In this document: in pieces, positions 49,241 through 60,454 of the stretch
How the letters are laid out: each line of letters starts with the position of its first letter
How positions within the stretch are numbered: the first letter of the stretch is position 1
Source: an uncultured Alistipes sp.
GTDB lineage: Bacteria; Bacteroidota; Bacteroidia; Bacteroidales; Rikenellaceae
Reading direction: 5' to 3'
DNA: 64,000 nt
Assembly: GCA_944320685.1 (NCBI GenBank)
Contig: CALUIK010000007.1
Location: 51,747-115,746 of the forward strand
Program-made: the position numbers and the translations under genes
The notes under the pieces: model-generated
The model's database searches: none
What the model was told of the DNA's origin: nothing
What the model saw: the letters and a program-made list of their open reading frames with translations, nothing else

Positions 49241-49379
49241 TTTTCTGTCGAATTACGTTTGTTGAATAAAGTGATTTGTCTTCTTCTCGAGTCTATATTT
49301 TCGTTTACGGATATCTTCTCATGCGTATACGCACACCGGGGCGCAACAAATCAATGCGCCCCGCATGTGCCTGCCGTCA

Positions 49380-49685
49380 TCAGACCTTGATCTCGACCTC
49401 CACGCCCGAAGGGAGCTCCAACTTCATCAGAGCGTCGATCGTCTTCGGCGTCGACGAGTAGATGTCGATAATACGCTTGAAAGTGCAGAACTGGAACTGC
49501 TCGCGCGCCTTCTTGTTGACGAACGTCGAGCGGTTGACCGTAAAAATCTGCTTCTTCGTGGGCAGGGGCACCGGACCGCTGACCATGGCGTCGGTAGCCT
49601 TCACGGTCTTCACGATCTTCTCGGCCGACTTGTCCACCAAGTTGTGGTCGAAAGACTTGAGTTTGATTCTAATTTTCTGGTTCAT
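49380..49685 (-). CDS. rpsJ: 30S ribosomal protein S10
   Basis: [21 protein letters not shown] and [12 protein letters not shown]. Confidence 0.98.
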   Translation of the reverse strand: MNQKIRIKLKSFDHNLVDKSAEKIVKTVKATDAMVSGPVPLPTKKQIFTVNRSTFVNKKAREQFQFCTFKRIIDIYSSTPKTIDALMKLELPSGVEVEIKV

Positions 49686-49700
49686 ATCTTAAACTCGTTA

Positions 49701-51809
49701 TTATTCTAAATCCTTACGCTTTCCGCTCTTCTCGATGATCTCCTTGGCGAGGTTTGCGGGAACCTCCTCGAAGTGCGAGAACTCCATCGACGACGTTGCG
49801 CGGCCCGACGAGATCGTACGCAGTACGGTCACATAGCCGAACATCTCCGACAGGGGCACCTTCGCCTTCACGACGCGGGCCGTACCCTTCGACTCCATGC
49901 CTTGGATCTGGCCGCGGCGCTTGTTCAGGTCGCCGATGATGTCACCCATGTTCTCCTCGGGAGTGACAACCTCAACCGACATGATGGGTTCCATGATAAC
50001 CGATCCGGCCTTGGGAGCAGCCTGACGGAAGCCGTTGCGGGCGCATATCTCGAACGAGAGCTGGTCCGAGTCCACGGGGTGGAACGAACCGTCCTTGAGC
50101 GTAACCTTCATCGAGTCGATAGAGTAGCCTGCAAGGGCGCCGTTGGCCATAGCCGACTCGAAGCCCTTCTGCACTGCGGGGATGAACTCCTTGGGGATAT
50201 TTCCTCCCTTGACCTCGTCGACGAACGTAAGGCCCGTCTTGCCCTCCTCGGCGGGACCGATCTCGAAGATGATGTCGGCGAACTTTCCGCGGCCGCCGGT
50301 CTGCTTCTTGAACACCTCGCGGTGCTGGACCGTCTTGGTAAGGGCCTCCTTGTAGTTGACCTGCGGGGCTCCCTGATTGATCTCCACACCGAACTCGCGG
50401 CGCAGACGGTCGACGATGATGTCGAGGTGGAGCTCACCCATACCGCTGATGATGGTCTGACCCGTCTCCTCGTCGGTACGTACCGTGAAGGTAGGATCCT
50501 CCTCGGCCAGCTTCGCCAGAGCGATGCCCAGTTTGTCAAGGTCCTTCTGGGTCTTGGGCTCAACGGCCAGACCGATCACGGGCTCGGGGAAGGTCATCTG
50601 CTCGAGTACCAGAGGTGCGTTCTCGGCGGTCAGCGTATCGCCCGTGCGGATCTCCTTGAAACCGACGGCGGCGCATATGTCGCCAGCCTCGACACGCTCC
50701 AGCGGGTTCTGCTTGTTGGCGTGCATCTGATAGATACGGCTGATACGCTCGCGCTTGCCGCTGCGTGCGTTGAGCACATACGAACCGGCGTCGAGCGCAC
50801 CCGAATATACGCGCACGAATGCCAAACGGCCTACGAAAGGGTCGGTAGCGATCTTGAATGCCAGACCGCAGAAAGGATCGTTGACCGTAGCATGGCGAAC
50901 TTCAGGCTGCTCCGTCTTGGGGTTGATGCCCTCGACGGGGGGCACGTCCAGCGGCGAAGGCAGGAACGCGATGATCGAATCAAGCAGTTTCTGCACGCCC
51001 TTGTTGTGGAACGACGAACCGCAGAGCATCGGCACCAGCGACATGTTGATCGTGGCGGTGCGGATGGCGGCGATCAACTCGTCGGGAGTGATCGAATCGG
51101 GGTCCTCGAAGAACTTCTCCATCAGGGCCTCGTCCGTAGCGGCGACCTCCTCGATAAGCTTGGCACGCCACTCGGCTGCCTCGGCCTTCATGTTCTCGGG
51201 AATCTCCTTGAGCACGAAGTTGTCGCGCACGGTCTTGTCGTCGTAGTAGTAGATAGCGTTATTATATATAAGGTCTATGAGTCCCTCGAACTTGTCCTCC
51301 GAGCCGATGGGAAGGACCACGGGCAGCGCCGTAGCGCCGAAGTGCTCCTTGATCTGCGCGCATACCGACAGGAAGTCGGCACCCGTGCGGTCCATCTTGT
51401 TGACGTAACCGATACGGGGGACATTGTATTTGTCGGCCTGACGCCACACCGTCTCCGACTGGGGCTCGACACCGCCAACGGCGCAGAACGTGGCAACGGC
51501 GCCGTCGAGTACACGCAACGAACGCTCCACCTCGACGGTGAAATCTACGTGTCCCGGGGTATCGATCAGGTTGATCTGATACTGGTTGTCCTTGTAGTGC
51601 CAGAATGCGGTGGTGGCAGCCGAAGTGATGGTGATACCGCGCTCCTGCTCCTGAACCATCCAGTCCATGGTGGCGCCGCCCTCGTGAACCTCGCCGATCT
51701 TGTGAGTCTTTCCCGTGTAGAAAAGGATACGCTCCGAGGTTGTCGTCTTGCCGGCATCGATGTGCGCCATGATGCCGATATTACGAGTGTATTTAAGATC
51801 TCTTGCCAT
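49701..51809 (-). CDS. fusA: Elongation factor G
   Basis: [31 protein letters not shown] and GMGELHL. Confidence 0.98.
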   Translation of the reverse strand: MARDLKYTRNIGIMAHIDAGKTTTSERILFYTGKTHKIGEVHEGGATMDWMVQEQERGITITSAATTAFWHYKDNQYQINLIDTPGHVDFTVEVERSLRVLDGAVATFCAVGGVEPQSETVWRQADKYNVPRIGYVNKMDRTGADFLSVCAQIKEHFGATALPVVLPIGSEDKFEGLIDLIYNNAIYYYDDKTVRDNFVLKEIPENMKAEAAEWRAKLIEEVAATDEALMEKFFEDPDSITPDELIAAIRTATINMSLVPMLCGSSFHNKGVQKLLDSIIAFLPSPLDVPPVEGINPKTEQPEVRHATVNDPFCGLAFKIATDPFVGRLAFVRVYSGALDAGSYVLNARSGKRERISRIYQMHANKQNPLERVEAGDICAAVGFKEIRTGDTLTAENAPLVLEQMTFPEPVIGLAVEPKTQKDLDKLGIALAKLAEEDPTFTVRTDEETGQTIISGMGELHLDIIVDRLRREFGVEINQGAPQVNYKEALTKTVQHREVFKKQTGGRGKFADIIFEIGPAEEGKTGLTFVDEVKGGNIPKEFIPAVQKGFESAMANGALAGYSIDSMKVTLKDGSFHPVDSDQLSFEICARNGFRQAAPKAGSVIMEPIMSVEVVTPEENMGDIIGDLNKRRGQIQGMESKGTARVVKAKVPLSEMFGYVTVLRTISSGRATSSMEFSHFEEVPANLAKEIIEKSGKRKDLE

Positions 51810-51824
51810 TTAACGTTACCTTTA

Positions 51825-52301
51825 TTAGAATCTGAAATGCGCGAATGCCTTGTTCGCCTCCGCCATGCGGTGCATCTCCTCCTTGCGCTTGAATGCGGCA
51901 CCCTGCTGGTTGTAGGCATCGACAATCTCCGATGCGAGCTTCTCGGCCATAGACTTACCGGCGCGCTTGCGTGAGTAAAGGACAAGGTTTTTCATGGAAA
52001 TCGAAATCTTGCGCTCCGGTCTAACCTCCATGGGAACTTGGAAGGTCGCACCGCCTATACGCTTCGATTTTACCTCGACTTGGGGTGTGATATTCTCAAG
52101 AGCCTGTTTCCAGATTTCCAACGGAGATTTATCAGCATCCTTCATCTTCTTGCTCACCAACTCCAGACTGTCGTAGAAGATGGTGTAAGCAATACTCTTC
52201 TTTCCATCCAGCATAAGATTGTTCACGAAACGAGTCACCTCGACGTCGTTGAACTTGGGATCTGGAAGTAGAATTCGCTTTCTTGGCTTAGCTTTTCTCA
52301 T
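51825..52301 (-). CDS. rpsG: 30S ribosomal protein S7
   Basis: [20 protein letters not shown] and [12 protein letters not shown]. Confidence 0.98.
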   Translation of the reverse strand: MRKAKPRKRILLPDPKFNDVEVTRFVNNLMLDGKKSIAYTIFYDSLELVSKKMKDADKSPLEIWKQALENITPQVEVKSKRIGGATFQVPMEVRPERKISISMKNLVLYSRKRAGKSMAEKLASEIVDAYNQQGAAFKRKEEMHRMAEANKAFAHFRF

Positions 52302-52338
52302 TTTTTATCTTAATAGTTAATGCGATTGACTATGGGGT

Positions 52339-52722
52339 TTATTTCTTTCCGGCCTTGGGACGCTTCGCACCGTACTTCGAACGACGCTGGCGACGGCCGT
52401 CCACGCCGGCCGAGTCGAGCGCTCCGCGAACCAAATGATAACGTACACCCGGCAGATCCTTCACACGGCCGCCGCGTACCAATACGATTGAGTGCTCCTG
52501 CAGGTTGTGGCCCTCGCCCGGAATGTAGGCGTTAACCTCCTTGCCGTTGGTCAATCTTACACGCGCCACCTTACGCATAGCCGAGTTGGGCTTCTTCGGG
52601 GTCGTGGTGTACACACGGGTACATACGCCTCGGCGCTGGGGACACGCTGCGAGTGCCGGAGACTTACTCTTGTCCTCCATGCTTACTCGACCGTTTCTTA
52701 CTAACTGTTGAATAGTTGGCAT
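52339..52722 (-). CDS. rpsL: 30S ribosomal protein S12
   Basis: [26 protein letters not shown] and [11 protein letters not shown]. Confidence 0.98.
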   Translation of the reverse strand: MPTIQQLVRNGRVSMEDKSKSPALAACPQRRGVCTRVYTTTPKKPNSAMRKVARVRLTNGKEVNAYIPGEGHNLQEHSIVLVRGGRVKDLPGVRYHLVRGALDSAGVDGRRQRRSKYGAKRPKAGKK

Positions 52723-52790
52723 TGTAAAACTTTTTGTCCTTTAATGTTAATTAATCAAATTCCGTTTCCAAAAACGTCCAAAACGGATTG

Positions 52791-52798
52791 CAAAGGTA
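52791..52798 (-). promoter_or_regulatory. Bacteroidota -7 promoter element of the str/S10 cluster
   Basis: TACCTTTGCA on the minus strand, about 70 nt upstream of rpsL. Confidence 0.75.
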
Positions 52799-52881
52799 AG
52801 CAATTTTTTTTAATAACACTATCTGCCGCTCTCTTTTTTCGGCTTTTTCCAGCAATTTACGCCGAAATCGATCTTTTTTAC

Positions 52882-52904
52882 TTATAGTTTTCATAAAACT
52901 ATAA
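52882..52904. repeat. Perfect 10-3-10 AT-rich inverted repeat (operator-like)
   Basis: TTATAGTTTT-CAT-AAAACTATAA. Confidence 0.6.
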
Positions 52905-53127
52905 TGCATAACCTATAAATATGTATTGAAACGGGTTCCGCTCAACACATTACGGATGTGTTATTACCTTATCGCAGCCGCAGCACCTCCCGCTTCCGGA
53001 GCCATCTCCTCACCGCCTTCCGCCTCCGCCAAACACGGTACTGGCGCACCATTCCCATATTCGGACACAAACGTTCCCGACAGAGACATTTTTTCGCCAG
53101 ACTATTGTACCTACGCTTACATTTTAT

Positions 53128-53135
53128 TAACTTTG
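53128..53135 (+). promoter_or_regulatory. Bacteroidota -7 promoter element upstream of the hypothetical gene at 53342
   Basis: TAACTTTG in an AT-rich patch. Confidence 0.5.
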
Positions 53136-53341
53136 TATTTGATGCGTGCCCTATCGGAAGATACGCGGGTCCGTACGCCTGCATTCCGCCGATACGACGC
53201 AATGCCGGCTCCCAATACGGAAAGATACGCCACCGACATGTTCATGGGCGGCAAGCCGCCGCACCATGAGTTTGCACCCATACCGAACGGCAACGCCTCC
53301 GAAACGAGCGGACCGAATACGCCACACGAAAAACAGCGCAT

Positions 53342-53959
53342 ATGAAACACAGACCCCTGCGCGCGGCCGCGCCGCTGATAATACTAATACTGCTCGGACC
53401 GATCGTCGAGGCATCAGCCTTTCGTGCCGGCGCCGCGGCTCTGACGGCGGCAATATCGGGCATATACGGCATTAAGGCCCCCGCAGTCCGGCTCCAGCCT
53501 ACAGGCCGCGGCCATAGCGATACGAGTTTAAGCGCACGGCAAACGGTATGCAGCGGCACTGCAGGACTGCTGCGCGCCGACATACGCATGTCCGGCACGG
53601 GTCCGAGGCTGCGGACCGACCGCTCCGTCCCACGCGAACTGCAGGAATTCGTCGGCAGGCTCAGCGGGATGCAGCTCGTGATTATCGTATTGCTCATAAT
53701 CATCCCCGTCTCCATACTCACGCCTCTGCTGGCCATGCTCCTTATCGGAGGCCGGTGCGACAAATGCGGCCGCTACCGCGCCATGCGCGTCACCGACCGC
53801 GAAAAAACGGGATACGACGAAAGCCTCGGGCCGGACCGGCATCCGATATACAGAAGCAGCTTGACGCGCGTCTGCAGATACTGCGGACATACGGACTCCG
53901 TCGAGCAGTCGGACGTCGAGCCGAAAAACCGCCGCAAGGGCAGCACCGCCGTATCCTAA
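53342..53959 (+). CDS. Hypothetical membrane protein with C-terminal zinc ribbon
   Basis: Hydrophobic stretch LVIIVLLIIIPVSILTPLLAMLLIGG followed by CDKC...CRYC. The start is uncertain (53342, or a later Met near 53669). Confidence 0.55.
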   Translation: MKHRPLRAAAPLIILILLGPIVEASAFRAGAAALTAAISGIYGIKAPAVRLQPTGRGHSDTSLSARQTVCSGTAGLLRADIRMSGTGPRLRTDRSVPRELQEFVGRLSGMQLVIIVLLIIIPVSILTPLLAMLLIGGRCDKCGRYRAMRVTDREKTGYDESLGPDRHPIYRSSLTRVCRYCGHTDSVEQSDVEPKNRRKGSTAVS

Positions 53960-54083
53960 ACCGGCCAAAGGCCCAGCCTCCCGCACCTGACCACATCAGC
54001 CACCGCATGTCCCCGTCATGCCGCAATGCCGCGCCGGAGAGGCTATTTTTCGGCTTTTACGTGCAAAAAAGTGGTTTTTTGCA

Positions 54084-54091
54084 TATCTTTG
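54084..54091 (+). promoter_or_regulatory. Bacteroidota -7 promoter element for leuS
   Basis: TATCTTTGCC about 25 nt upstream of the ATG. Confidence 0.7.
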
Positions 54092-54116
54092 CCTTCCGAT
54101 TGAATATATAAACACA

Positions 54117-56873
54117 ATGGACTACAATTTCAAGCAGATCGAATCCAAGTGGCGGCAGCGTTGGAACGATCAGCAGACCTATCGGGTCGAGATCGACAAC
54201 AGCCGTCCCAAATACTACGTTCTCGACATGTTCCCCTACCCCTCGGGGGCGGGACTGCATGTGGGACACCCGCTGGGATACATAGCATCCGACATATATT
54301 CGCGTTACAAGCGCCTGTGCGGATACAACGTCCTGCACCCCATGGGATACGACGCCTTCGGTCTGCCGGCCGAGCAGTACGCCATACAGACGGGGCAGCA
54401 CCCCGCAGTAACCACCGAGCAGAACATCAACCGCTACCGCGAGCAGCTGGACAAGATAGGGTTCTCGTTCGACTGGAACCGCGAGGTGCGCACGTGCGAC
54501 CCCGCATACTACAAATGGACGCAGTGGGCCTTCCTGAAGATGTACGCCCACTACTATGACCGCACCGCACGCAAGGCGCTGCCCATAAGCGCCCTTGAGG
54601 AACGTTTCGCCGAGCGCGGCACCGACGGGCTCGATGCCGCCTGCACCGCCGAGATGCGCTTCACGGCCGCGGAGTGGACGTCATGGGACGAGGCGCGGCG
54701 CGAGCAGGTGCTGCAGAACTACCGGCTGGCCTACCGTGCCGACACGATGGTGAACTGGTGCCCCAAACTTGGTACCGTGCTGGCTAACGACGAGGTCAAG
54801 GACGGGCTGTCGGTACGCGGCGGGTACCCCGTCGAACAGAAGCGCATGAAGCAGTGGTCGCTGCGCGTGACGGCTTATGCCCAGAGGCTCCTCGACGGCC
54901 TCGACACGCTCGAGTGGAGCGAATCGCTCAAGGAGATACAGCGCAACTGGATCGGCCGCTCGGTCGGAGCGCAGGTATTCTTCGACATCGAAGGGTCGGA
55001 ACGCAAGCTCGAGATCTTCACCACACGCCCCGACACCATCTTCGGCGTCACGTTCATGGTCATCGCCCCCGAGCACGAGTGGGTTTCGGAGCTGACCACC
55101 CCCGATAACCGCGCCGCCGTGGAGGGGTACATCGAGCAGACGAAAAAGCGCTCGGAGCGCGAGCGCATCGCCGAGACGCGCCGCGTAAGCGGCGTGGCGA
55201 CGGGTTCGTATGCCGTCAACCCTTTCACGGACAAGGCCATTCCCATCTATATATCGGACTACGTATTGGCCGGTTACGGTACTGGCGCCATCATGGCCGT
55301 GCCGGCGCACGACTCGCGCGACTACGCCTTCGCCCGCCACTTCGGGCTGGAGATAGTCCCCGTGGTCGAGGGCGGCGACATAGAGAAGGAGTCGTACGAC
55401 GCCAAGAGCGGCCGCATGATCAACTCGGGATTCCTCACCGGCATGGATGTCAAGGAGGCCATCCCCGCCATGTTCGACGAGGTCGAACGCCGCGGTCTGG
55501 GCAAACGCCTCGTAAACTACCGCCTGCGCGACGCCATATTCTCGCGCCAAAGATATTGGGGCGAACCGTTCCCCATATATTACAAGGGCGATACGGCCTA
55601 CCCGCTGTCCGAGGACAAACTGCCGCTCGAACTGCCCCCGATCGAGAACTTCGGACCCACGGAGCAGGGCGAGCCCCCCTTGGCCCGCGTCAAGGGGTGG
55701 ACGACCGAAGAGGGCTATCCGCTCGAGCTATCGACCATGCCGGGATTCGCCGGTTCGTCGGCATACTACCTGCGGTATATGGACCCTCATAACGACAAGG
55801 CGCTCGTCTCGAAGGAGGCGGACGAGTATTGGCGCAGCGTCGACCTCTACGTCGGAGGCATCGAGCATGCCACAGGTCACTTGATGTACTCGCGTTTCTG
55901 GAACATGTTCCTCTACGATCTGGGGTATGTCTGCGAACAGGAGCCCTTCAAGAAACTCGTCAACCAAGGCATGATACAGGGCCGTTCGAACTTCGTCTAC
56001 CGCGTCGTCGGCACCAACAAGTTCGTCTCGCTGGGGCTGCGCGCGCAATACGAGACGCAGGAGATACACGTCGACGTCAACATCGTGCGCAACGACCAGC
56101 TCGACCTGGAGGCCTTCCGGCGCTGGCGCCCCGAATTCGCCGACGCGGAGTTCATCCTCGAGGACGACAAATATATCTGCGGGTGGGCCATCGAGAAGAT
56201 GTCGAAATCCATGTACAATGTCGTCAACCCCGACAACATCGTAGAGAACTACGGCGCCGACACGCTGCGCATGTACGAGATGTTCCTCGGGCCCATCGAG
56301 CAGTCGAAGCCGTGGGACACGAACGGCATCGACGGCGTGCACAAGTTCCTGCGCAAGTTCTGGCGTCTCTACTTCGACCGCGACGGCAAGCTCGCCCTCA
56401 CGGACGAGGCACCCACGGCGGCCGAACTCAAGAGCCTGCATAAGACAATAAAGAAGGTGCGCGAGGATATCGAGAATTTCTCGTTCAACACTTCGGTTTC
56501 AGCCTTCATGATATGCCTCAACGAACTGGGACAGTGCCGCAAGCGCGCCGTGCTCGAACCGTTGGCCATACTCATCGCCCCATTCGCGCCGCACATAGCC
56601 GAGGAGCTGTGGGAGACGATGGGACACAATGCGTCGGTCTTCGACGCCGCTTACCCCGACTACGACGAGGCATACCTCGAGGAGAGCGCGTTCGAGTACC
56701 CCGTCATGGTAAACGGCAAGCTGCGCTTCAAGCAGGAGTATCCGCTCTCGGCCACGGCCGCCGACATCCAAGCCTCGGTCGTCAAGGCCGAAGGGGCGCA
56801 GAAGTGGCTCGCGGGAAAGACCCCAAAAAAGGTGATAGTCGTACCGGGCAAGATAATCAACATAGTGATATAG
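54117..56873 (+). CDS. leuS: Leucine--tRNA ligase
   Basis: [14 protein letters not shown] (HIGH motif), KMSKS and editing-domain [12 protein letters not shown]. Start at MDYNF. Confidence 0.98.
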   Translation: MDYNFKQIESKWRQRWNDQQTYRVEIDNSRPKYYVLDMFPYPSGAGLHVGHPLGYIASDIYSRYKRLCGYNVLHPMGYDAFGLPAEQYAIQTGQHPAVTTEQNINRYREQLDKIGFSFDWNREVRTCDPAYYKWTQWAFLKMYAHYYDRTARKALPISALEERFAERGTDGLDAACTAEMRFTAAEWTSWDEARREQVLQNYRLAYRADTMVNWCPKLGTVLANDEVKDGLSVRGGYPVEQKRMKQWSLRVTAYAQRLLDGLDTLEWSESLKEIQRNWIGRSVGAQVFFDIEGSERKLEIFTTRPDTIFGVTFMVIAPEHEWVSELTTPDNRAAVEGYIEQTKKRSERERIAETRRVSGVATGSYAVNPFTDKAIPIYISDYVLAGYGTGAIMAVPAHDSRDYAFARHFGLEIVPVVEGGDIEKESYDAKSGRMINSGFLTGMDVKEAIPAMFDEVERRGLGKRLVNYRLRDAIFSRQRYWGEPFPIYYKGDTAYPLSEDKLPLELPPIENFGPTEQGEPPLARVKGWTTEEGYPLELSTMPGFAGSSAYYLRYMDPHNDKALVSKEADEYWRSVDLYVGGIEHATGHLMYSRFWNMFLYDLGYVCEQEPFKKLVNQGMIQGRSNFVYRVVGTNKFVSLGLRAQYETQEIHVDVNIVRNDQLDLEAFRRWRPEFADAEFILEDDKYICGWAIEKMSKSMYNVVNPDNIVENYGADTLRMYEMFLGPIEQSKPWDTNGIDGVHKFLRKFWRLYFDRDGKLALTDEAPTAAELKSLHKTIKKVREDIENFSFNTSVSAFMICLNELGQCRKRAVLEPLAILIAPFAPHIAEELWETMGHNASVFDAAYPDYDEAYLEESAFEYPVMVNGKLRFKQEYPLSATAADIQASVVKAEGAQKWLAGKTPKKVIVVPGKIINIVI

Positions 56874-56892
56874 CAAACCGACATTCCGCCCC

Positions 56893-57786
56893 ATGAAGTT
56901 CGCACCAATGCTTACGGTCGCGGCGGCCGCGGCCGTACTGAACGCCTCGGCGCAACAGCCGCTCGAAGTGAAGTTGTGGGACAACGCCTCGGCGCCCCAC
57001 TCCAACGGCATCACCCAAGCCGAACAGGTCGGCGAGGGCAAACGCATATCGCATACCACCGAGGCGGTGCTCTACATCTACCGTCCGGCAGCGGACAAGG
57101 CCACGGGGCAGACCGTTGTGGTATGCCCGGGCGGCGGATATTGGATCGTGGCCATGAGCCACGAGGGCGACGACGTAGGCCGCTGGTTCGCCGAACACGG
57201 CATCACTGCTGCCGTACTCAAGTACCGCATGCCCAACGGACACCCCGAAGTGCCTATGGAGGATGCCGCCGAGGCCCTGCGCTACATGCGCGAGGAGTAT
57301 GCGCACAAGGATGAGGCGCAGCAGGTCGGCATCATGGGATTCTCGGCAGGCGGCCACCTCGCCGCCGCCACGGGCGTCGGCGCTCTGGCAAAGAACCTCC
57401 GCACGCAGGACGACCCGCGCCCCGACTTCATGCTGCTCTTCTACCCCGTTATCAGCTCTTCGGCAGGCAGCCACGGCGGGTCGTACGACAACCTGCTCGG
57501 CAAGGAGCGTACGGCGGGAGAGAGCCGCCGCTGGTCACCCGACCTGCTCGTAGACGAGGCTACGCCGCCCGCGCTGCTGATACTCTCGGACGACGACAAC
57601 GGTGTCCCGCCCATAAACTCCACGCTCATGTACAACGCCATGAAGGATGCGGGGCATCCCGCCTCGCTATACATCCTCCCCGAAGGAGGCCACGGCTGGG
57701 GCGCCAACGAGACGTTCCGCTACCGTGACATGTGGCAGACGCTGACGCTCGACTGGCTCGGACGCATCGCCCACGAAAGACAATAA
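56893..57786 (+). CDS. Exported alpha/beta hydrolase (carbohydrate acetyl-esterase-like)
   Basis: Signal peptide, oxyanion motif CPGGGY, nucleophile GFSAGG, and Asp/His region (DDNGVPP, GGHGWG). Confidence 0.85.
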   Translation: MKFAPMLTVAAAAAVLNASAQQPLEVKLWDNASAPHSNGITQAEQVGEGKRISHTTEAVLYIYRPAADKATGQTVVVCPGGGYWIVAMSHEGDDVGRWFAEHGITAAVLKYRMPNGHPEVPMEDAAEALRYMREEYAHKDEAQQVGIMGFSAGGHLAAATGVGALAKNLRTQDDPRPDFMLLFYPVISSSAGSHGGSYDNLLGKERTAGESRRWSPDLLVDEATPPALLILSDDDNGVPPINSTLMYNAMKDAGHPASLYILPEGGHGWGANETFRYRDMWQTLTLDWLGRIAHERQ

Positions 57787-57812
57787 CGCGCCGCAACGGG
57801 CACATGCACCGG

Positions 57813-57843
57813 ACAGGAGACCCTTACAAAGGTCTCCTGTTTA
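57813..57843 (+). terminator. Intrinsic terminator after leuS-esterase
   Basis: 10-bp stem acaggagacc / ggtctcctgt followed by T residues. Confidence 0.7.
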
Positions 57844-57906
57844 GGTTTCCTCGGCACAGACACAGGATTTTCCGCACGAAGGATTGCACCATGCGGCCGA
57901 AAAACG

Positions 57907-57914
57907 TAACTTTG
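57907..57914 (+). promoter_or_regulatory. Bacteroidota -7 promoter element
   Basis: TAACTTTGCA upstream of the gene at 58003. Confidence 0.6.
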
Positions 57915-58002
57915 CATACGGGCGGCACGTACCTGCATACCGATTCCGACAGACTTTACAGGCCACAAGTACAGATTATACCAACCGTAAAACAAACGAA
58001 CC

Positions 58003-59265
58003 ATGAAAATTTGCACCATCATCCTTCCGCTGGCCGCCGTACTCATTATCGCGGCCGCACCCGCAACCTGCGCCCAAAACGCCGAAAAGGGGAGCCCTGC
58101 AAAACACATGTCCGGACTCCCGAAACAGCACCGCTACACAAACCCTACGGGCGACGAATTCCCCATCATGGCATGGTTCTCACTTCTGGGCGATCAGGTC
58201 GCGCCCGACCGCTATCGCGAAATGGCCGAGGCAGGGTTCAACCTGTCGTTCTCTCACTTCTCATCTGCGGAACAGGTGGCCGAGGCCCTCGACGCCTGCC
58301 GCGGCTCGGGGGTGAAGATACTCATCACCTGCGCCGAAATGGCCTCCGACCCCGAAGAGACCGTCCGCCGCTTCCGCCGCGAACGGGACAACGCAGGCTA
58401 CTTCCTGCGCGACGAACCAATATGCGACGCCTTCCCCGAACTTGCCGAGTGGGCACGACGCATACGCTCGGCCGACGACAGCCGCATGCTCTACCTCAAC
58501 CTGCTGCCCAACTACGTCCACCCGCGCGACCTGCATGCCGACAGCTATGCCGACTATGTGCGCCGTTTCATCGAGGAGGTGGGACTCGGGCTGGTATCGT
58601 TCGACAACTATCCCGTCACCTTCGACGGGGTAAGACCCCAATTCTACGCCAACCTCGAGGACATATCCTCCGAATCGCGCCGCGCCGGCGTGCCATTCTG
58701 GGCCTTCGCCCTCGCCACGGCGCACGACCCCTACCCCGCAGCCACACGCGCCTCGCTGCGGCTGCAGATATTCAGCAATCTGGCATACGGGGCCCAAGGC
58801 ATACAATATTTTACATACACCTCGCCCGGCACCGAGACATGGAACTTCCACAACGCCCCCATCGACCACTCGGACCGCCGGACCGAAGTATACGATCTGG
58901 TGCGTGAACTCAACCGCGAGGTTCAGGCCCTCGGCGACGTCTTCCTCGGCGCCCGCACCCTGTGGGTGCGCCACACCGGCGGCACGATACCCGAAGGCAC
59001 CAGCCCGCTGGGCGGGCTGCCGCCGCAGATCCGCCGCGTAGAGTCCGACGGCGAGGGTGTCGCCGTCTCGCTGCTGCAGAACGGACGGATGCGTTACCTG
59101 ATGGTGGTCAACCGCAGCCTCGACCGCACGCAGCGCGTCACCGTAGAGGCCGCCGAGGGAGTGATGCGCATAATGTCCGACGGCCGCCGCATCCCCGCTG
59201 CACGGTACTCCCCCACACTGGCGGTCGAGGCAGGCGACATGCTGCTGTTCGGCTGGGAAGAGTGA
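58003..59265 (+). CDS. Exported putative glycoside hydrolase (TIM-barrel-like domain plus beta-sandwich), family unassigned
   Basis: Signal peptide. EMAEAGFN, YFLRDEP, SFDNYP and LAYGAQGIQYF recall GH42-like hypothetical hydrolases of Bacteroidota. Confidence 0.6.
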   Translation: MKICTIILPLAAVLIIAAAPATCAQNAEKGSPAKHMSGLPKQHRYTNPTGDEFPIMAWFSLLGDQVAPDRYREMAEAGFNLSFSHFSSAEQVAEALDACRGSGVKILITCAEMASDPEETVRRFRRERDNAGYFLRDEPICDAFPELAEWARRIRSADDSRMLYLNLLPNYVHPRDLHADSYADYVRRFIEEVGLGLVSFDNYPVTFDGVRPQFYANLEDISSESRRAGVPFWAFALATAHDPYPAATRASLRLQIFSNLAYGAQGIQYFTYTSPGTETWNFHNAPIDHSDRRTEVYDLVRELNREVQALGDVFLGARTLWVRHTGGTIPEGTSPLGGLPPQIRRVESDGEGVAVSLLQNGRMRYLMVVNRSLDRTQRVTVEAAEGVMRIMSDGRRIPAARYSPTLAVEAGDMLLFGWEE

Positions 59266-59304
59266 CAACCTGCTGTTATTTGAATAACAACACAAAAAAA
59301 GTAC

Positions 59305-59312
59305 TATATTTG
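59305..59312 (+). promoter_or_regulatory. Bacteroidota -7 promoter element for mdh
   Basis: TATATTTGCA about 35 nt upstream of the ATG. Confidence 0.7.
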
Positions 59313-59347
59313 CATCCGAAACAAGAACGTACTAAAAACATACTGTT

Positions 59348-60346
59348 ATGGCTTACTTAACAACCGAGAAACTGACCATCGTCGGCGCTGCCGGCATGAT
59401 CGGTTCGAATATGGCGCAGACGGCTCTCATGATGAAGCTGACGCCCAACATCTGTCTCTACGATCCCTTCGCTCCCGCCCTCGAAGGCGTAGCCGAGGAG
59501 CTCTTCCACTGCGGCTTCGAAGGAGCCGCCATAACCTTCACCTCCGATGTCAAGGAGGCCCTCACCGGCGCCAAGTATATCGTATCGTCGGGCGGCGCGG
59601 CACGTAAGGCCGGCATGACCCGCGAGGACCTGCTCAAGGGCAACGCAGCCATCGCCGAGGAGCTCGGCAAGAATATCCGCACCTACTGTCCCGACGTCAA
59701 GCATGTGGTCGTCATATTCAACCCCGCCGACATCACGGGCCTCATCACCCTCATATACTCGGGCCTCAAGCCCTCGCAGGTGACAACCCTCGCCGCTCTG
59801 GACAGCACCCGTCTGCGCAGCGAGCTGGCCAAGTATCTCCACATCTCGCCCGACGAGGTGTGCAACAGCCGCACCTACGGCGGCCACGGCGAGCAGATGG
59901 CCGTATTCGCATCGACCACGACCGTACAGGGCAAGCCCCTCACCGAACTCATCGGCACGACCATCCCGCAGGCCGACTGGGAGGCGCTGCGCCAGCGTGT
60001 GATCCAAGGCGGCAAGAACATCATCGACCTGCGCGGCCGGTCATCGTTCCAGAGCCCCGCATACATATCTATCGAGATGATCGCCGCAGCCATGGGCGGC
60101 CCCGCCTTCCGCTGGCCCGCAGGCGTATACGTCTCGACACCCGAGTTCAACCACATCATGATGGCCATGGAGACCTCGATCACCCGCGACGGCGTAAGCT
60201 ACAAGGTCGTGGAGGGTCTGCCCGAGGAGCACGCAGCGCTCAGGAAGAGCTACGAGCACCTCTGCGCCCTGCGCGACGAGGTCATCTCGCTGGGAGTGCT
60301 TCCTCCCATCGCCGAATGGAGCAGGATCAACCCCAACCTCAAGTAA
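59348..60346 (+). CDS. mdh: Malate dehydrogenase
   Basis: IVGAAGMIG Rossmann motif, ARKAGMTREDLL (Arg-type substrate loop of MDH), IFNPAD, LDSTR and GGHGE. Confidence 0.88.
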   Translation: MAYLTTEKLTIVGAAGMIGSNMAQTALMMKLTPNICLYDPFAPALEGVAEELFHCGFEGAAITFTSDVKEALTGAKYIVSSGGAARKAGMTREDLLKGNAAIAEELGKNIRTYCPDVKHVVVIFNPADITGLITLIYSGLKPSQVTTLAALDSTRLRSELAKYLHISPDEVCNSRTYGGHGEQMAVFASTTTVQGKPLTELIGTTIPQADWEALRQRVIQGGKNIIDLRGRSSFQSPAYISIEMIAAAMGGPAFRWPAGVYVSTPEFNHIMMAMETSITRDGVSYKVVEGLPEEHAALRKSYEHLCALRDEVISLGVLPPIAEWSRINPNLK

Positions 60347-60382
60347 CATCGCCTCAAAAACGGCGCAGGCCGCGATCAAGCC

Positions 60383-60422
60383 AAATGGCGGCGTACCCGT
60401 AATGGTACGCCGCCATTTTTTC
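60383..60422. terminator. Bidirectional terminator between mdh and the GH110 gene
   Basis: 15-bp stem aaatggcggcgtacc / ggtacgccgccattt followed by a T tract. Confidence 0.85.
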
Positions 60423-60454
60423 CGCATGCAGCGCGACAGCGCCTCCGCGGCCCG

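Noticed and set aside
49686-49700. No tuf gene between fusA and rpsJ
   Set aside because: rpsL-rpsG-fusA-rpsJ with tuf elsewhere is the normal Bacteroidota arrangement.
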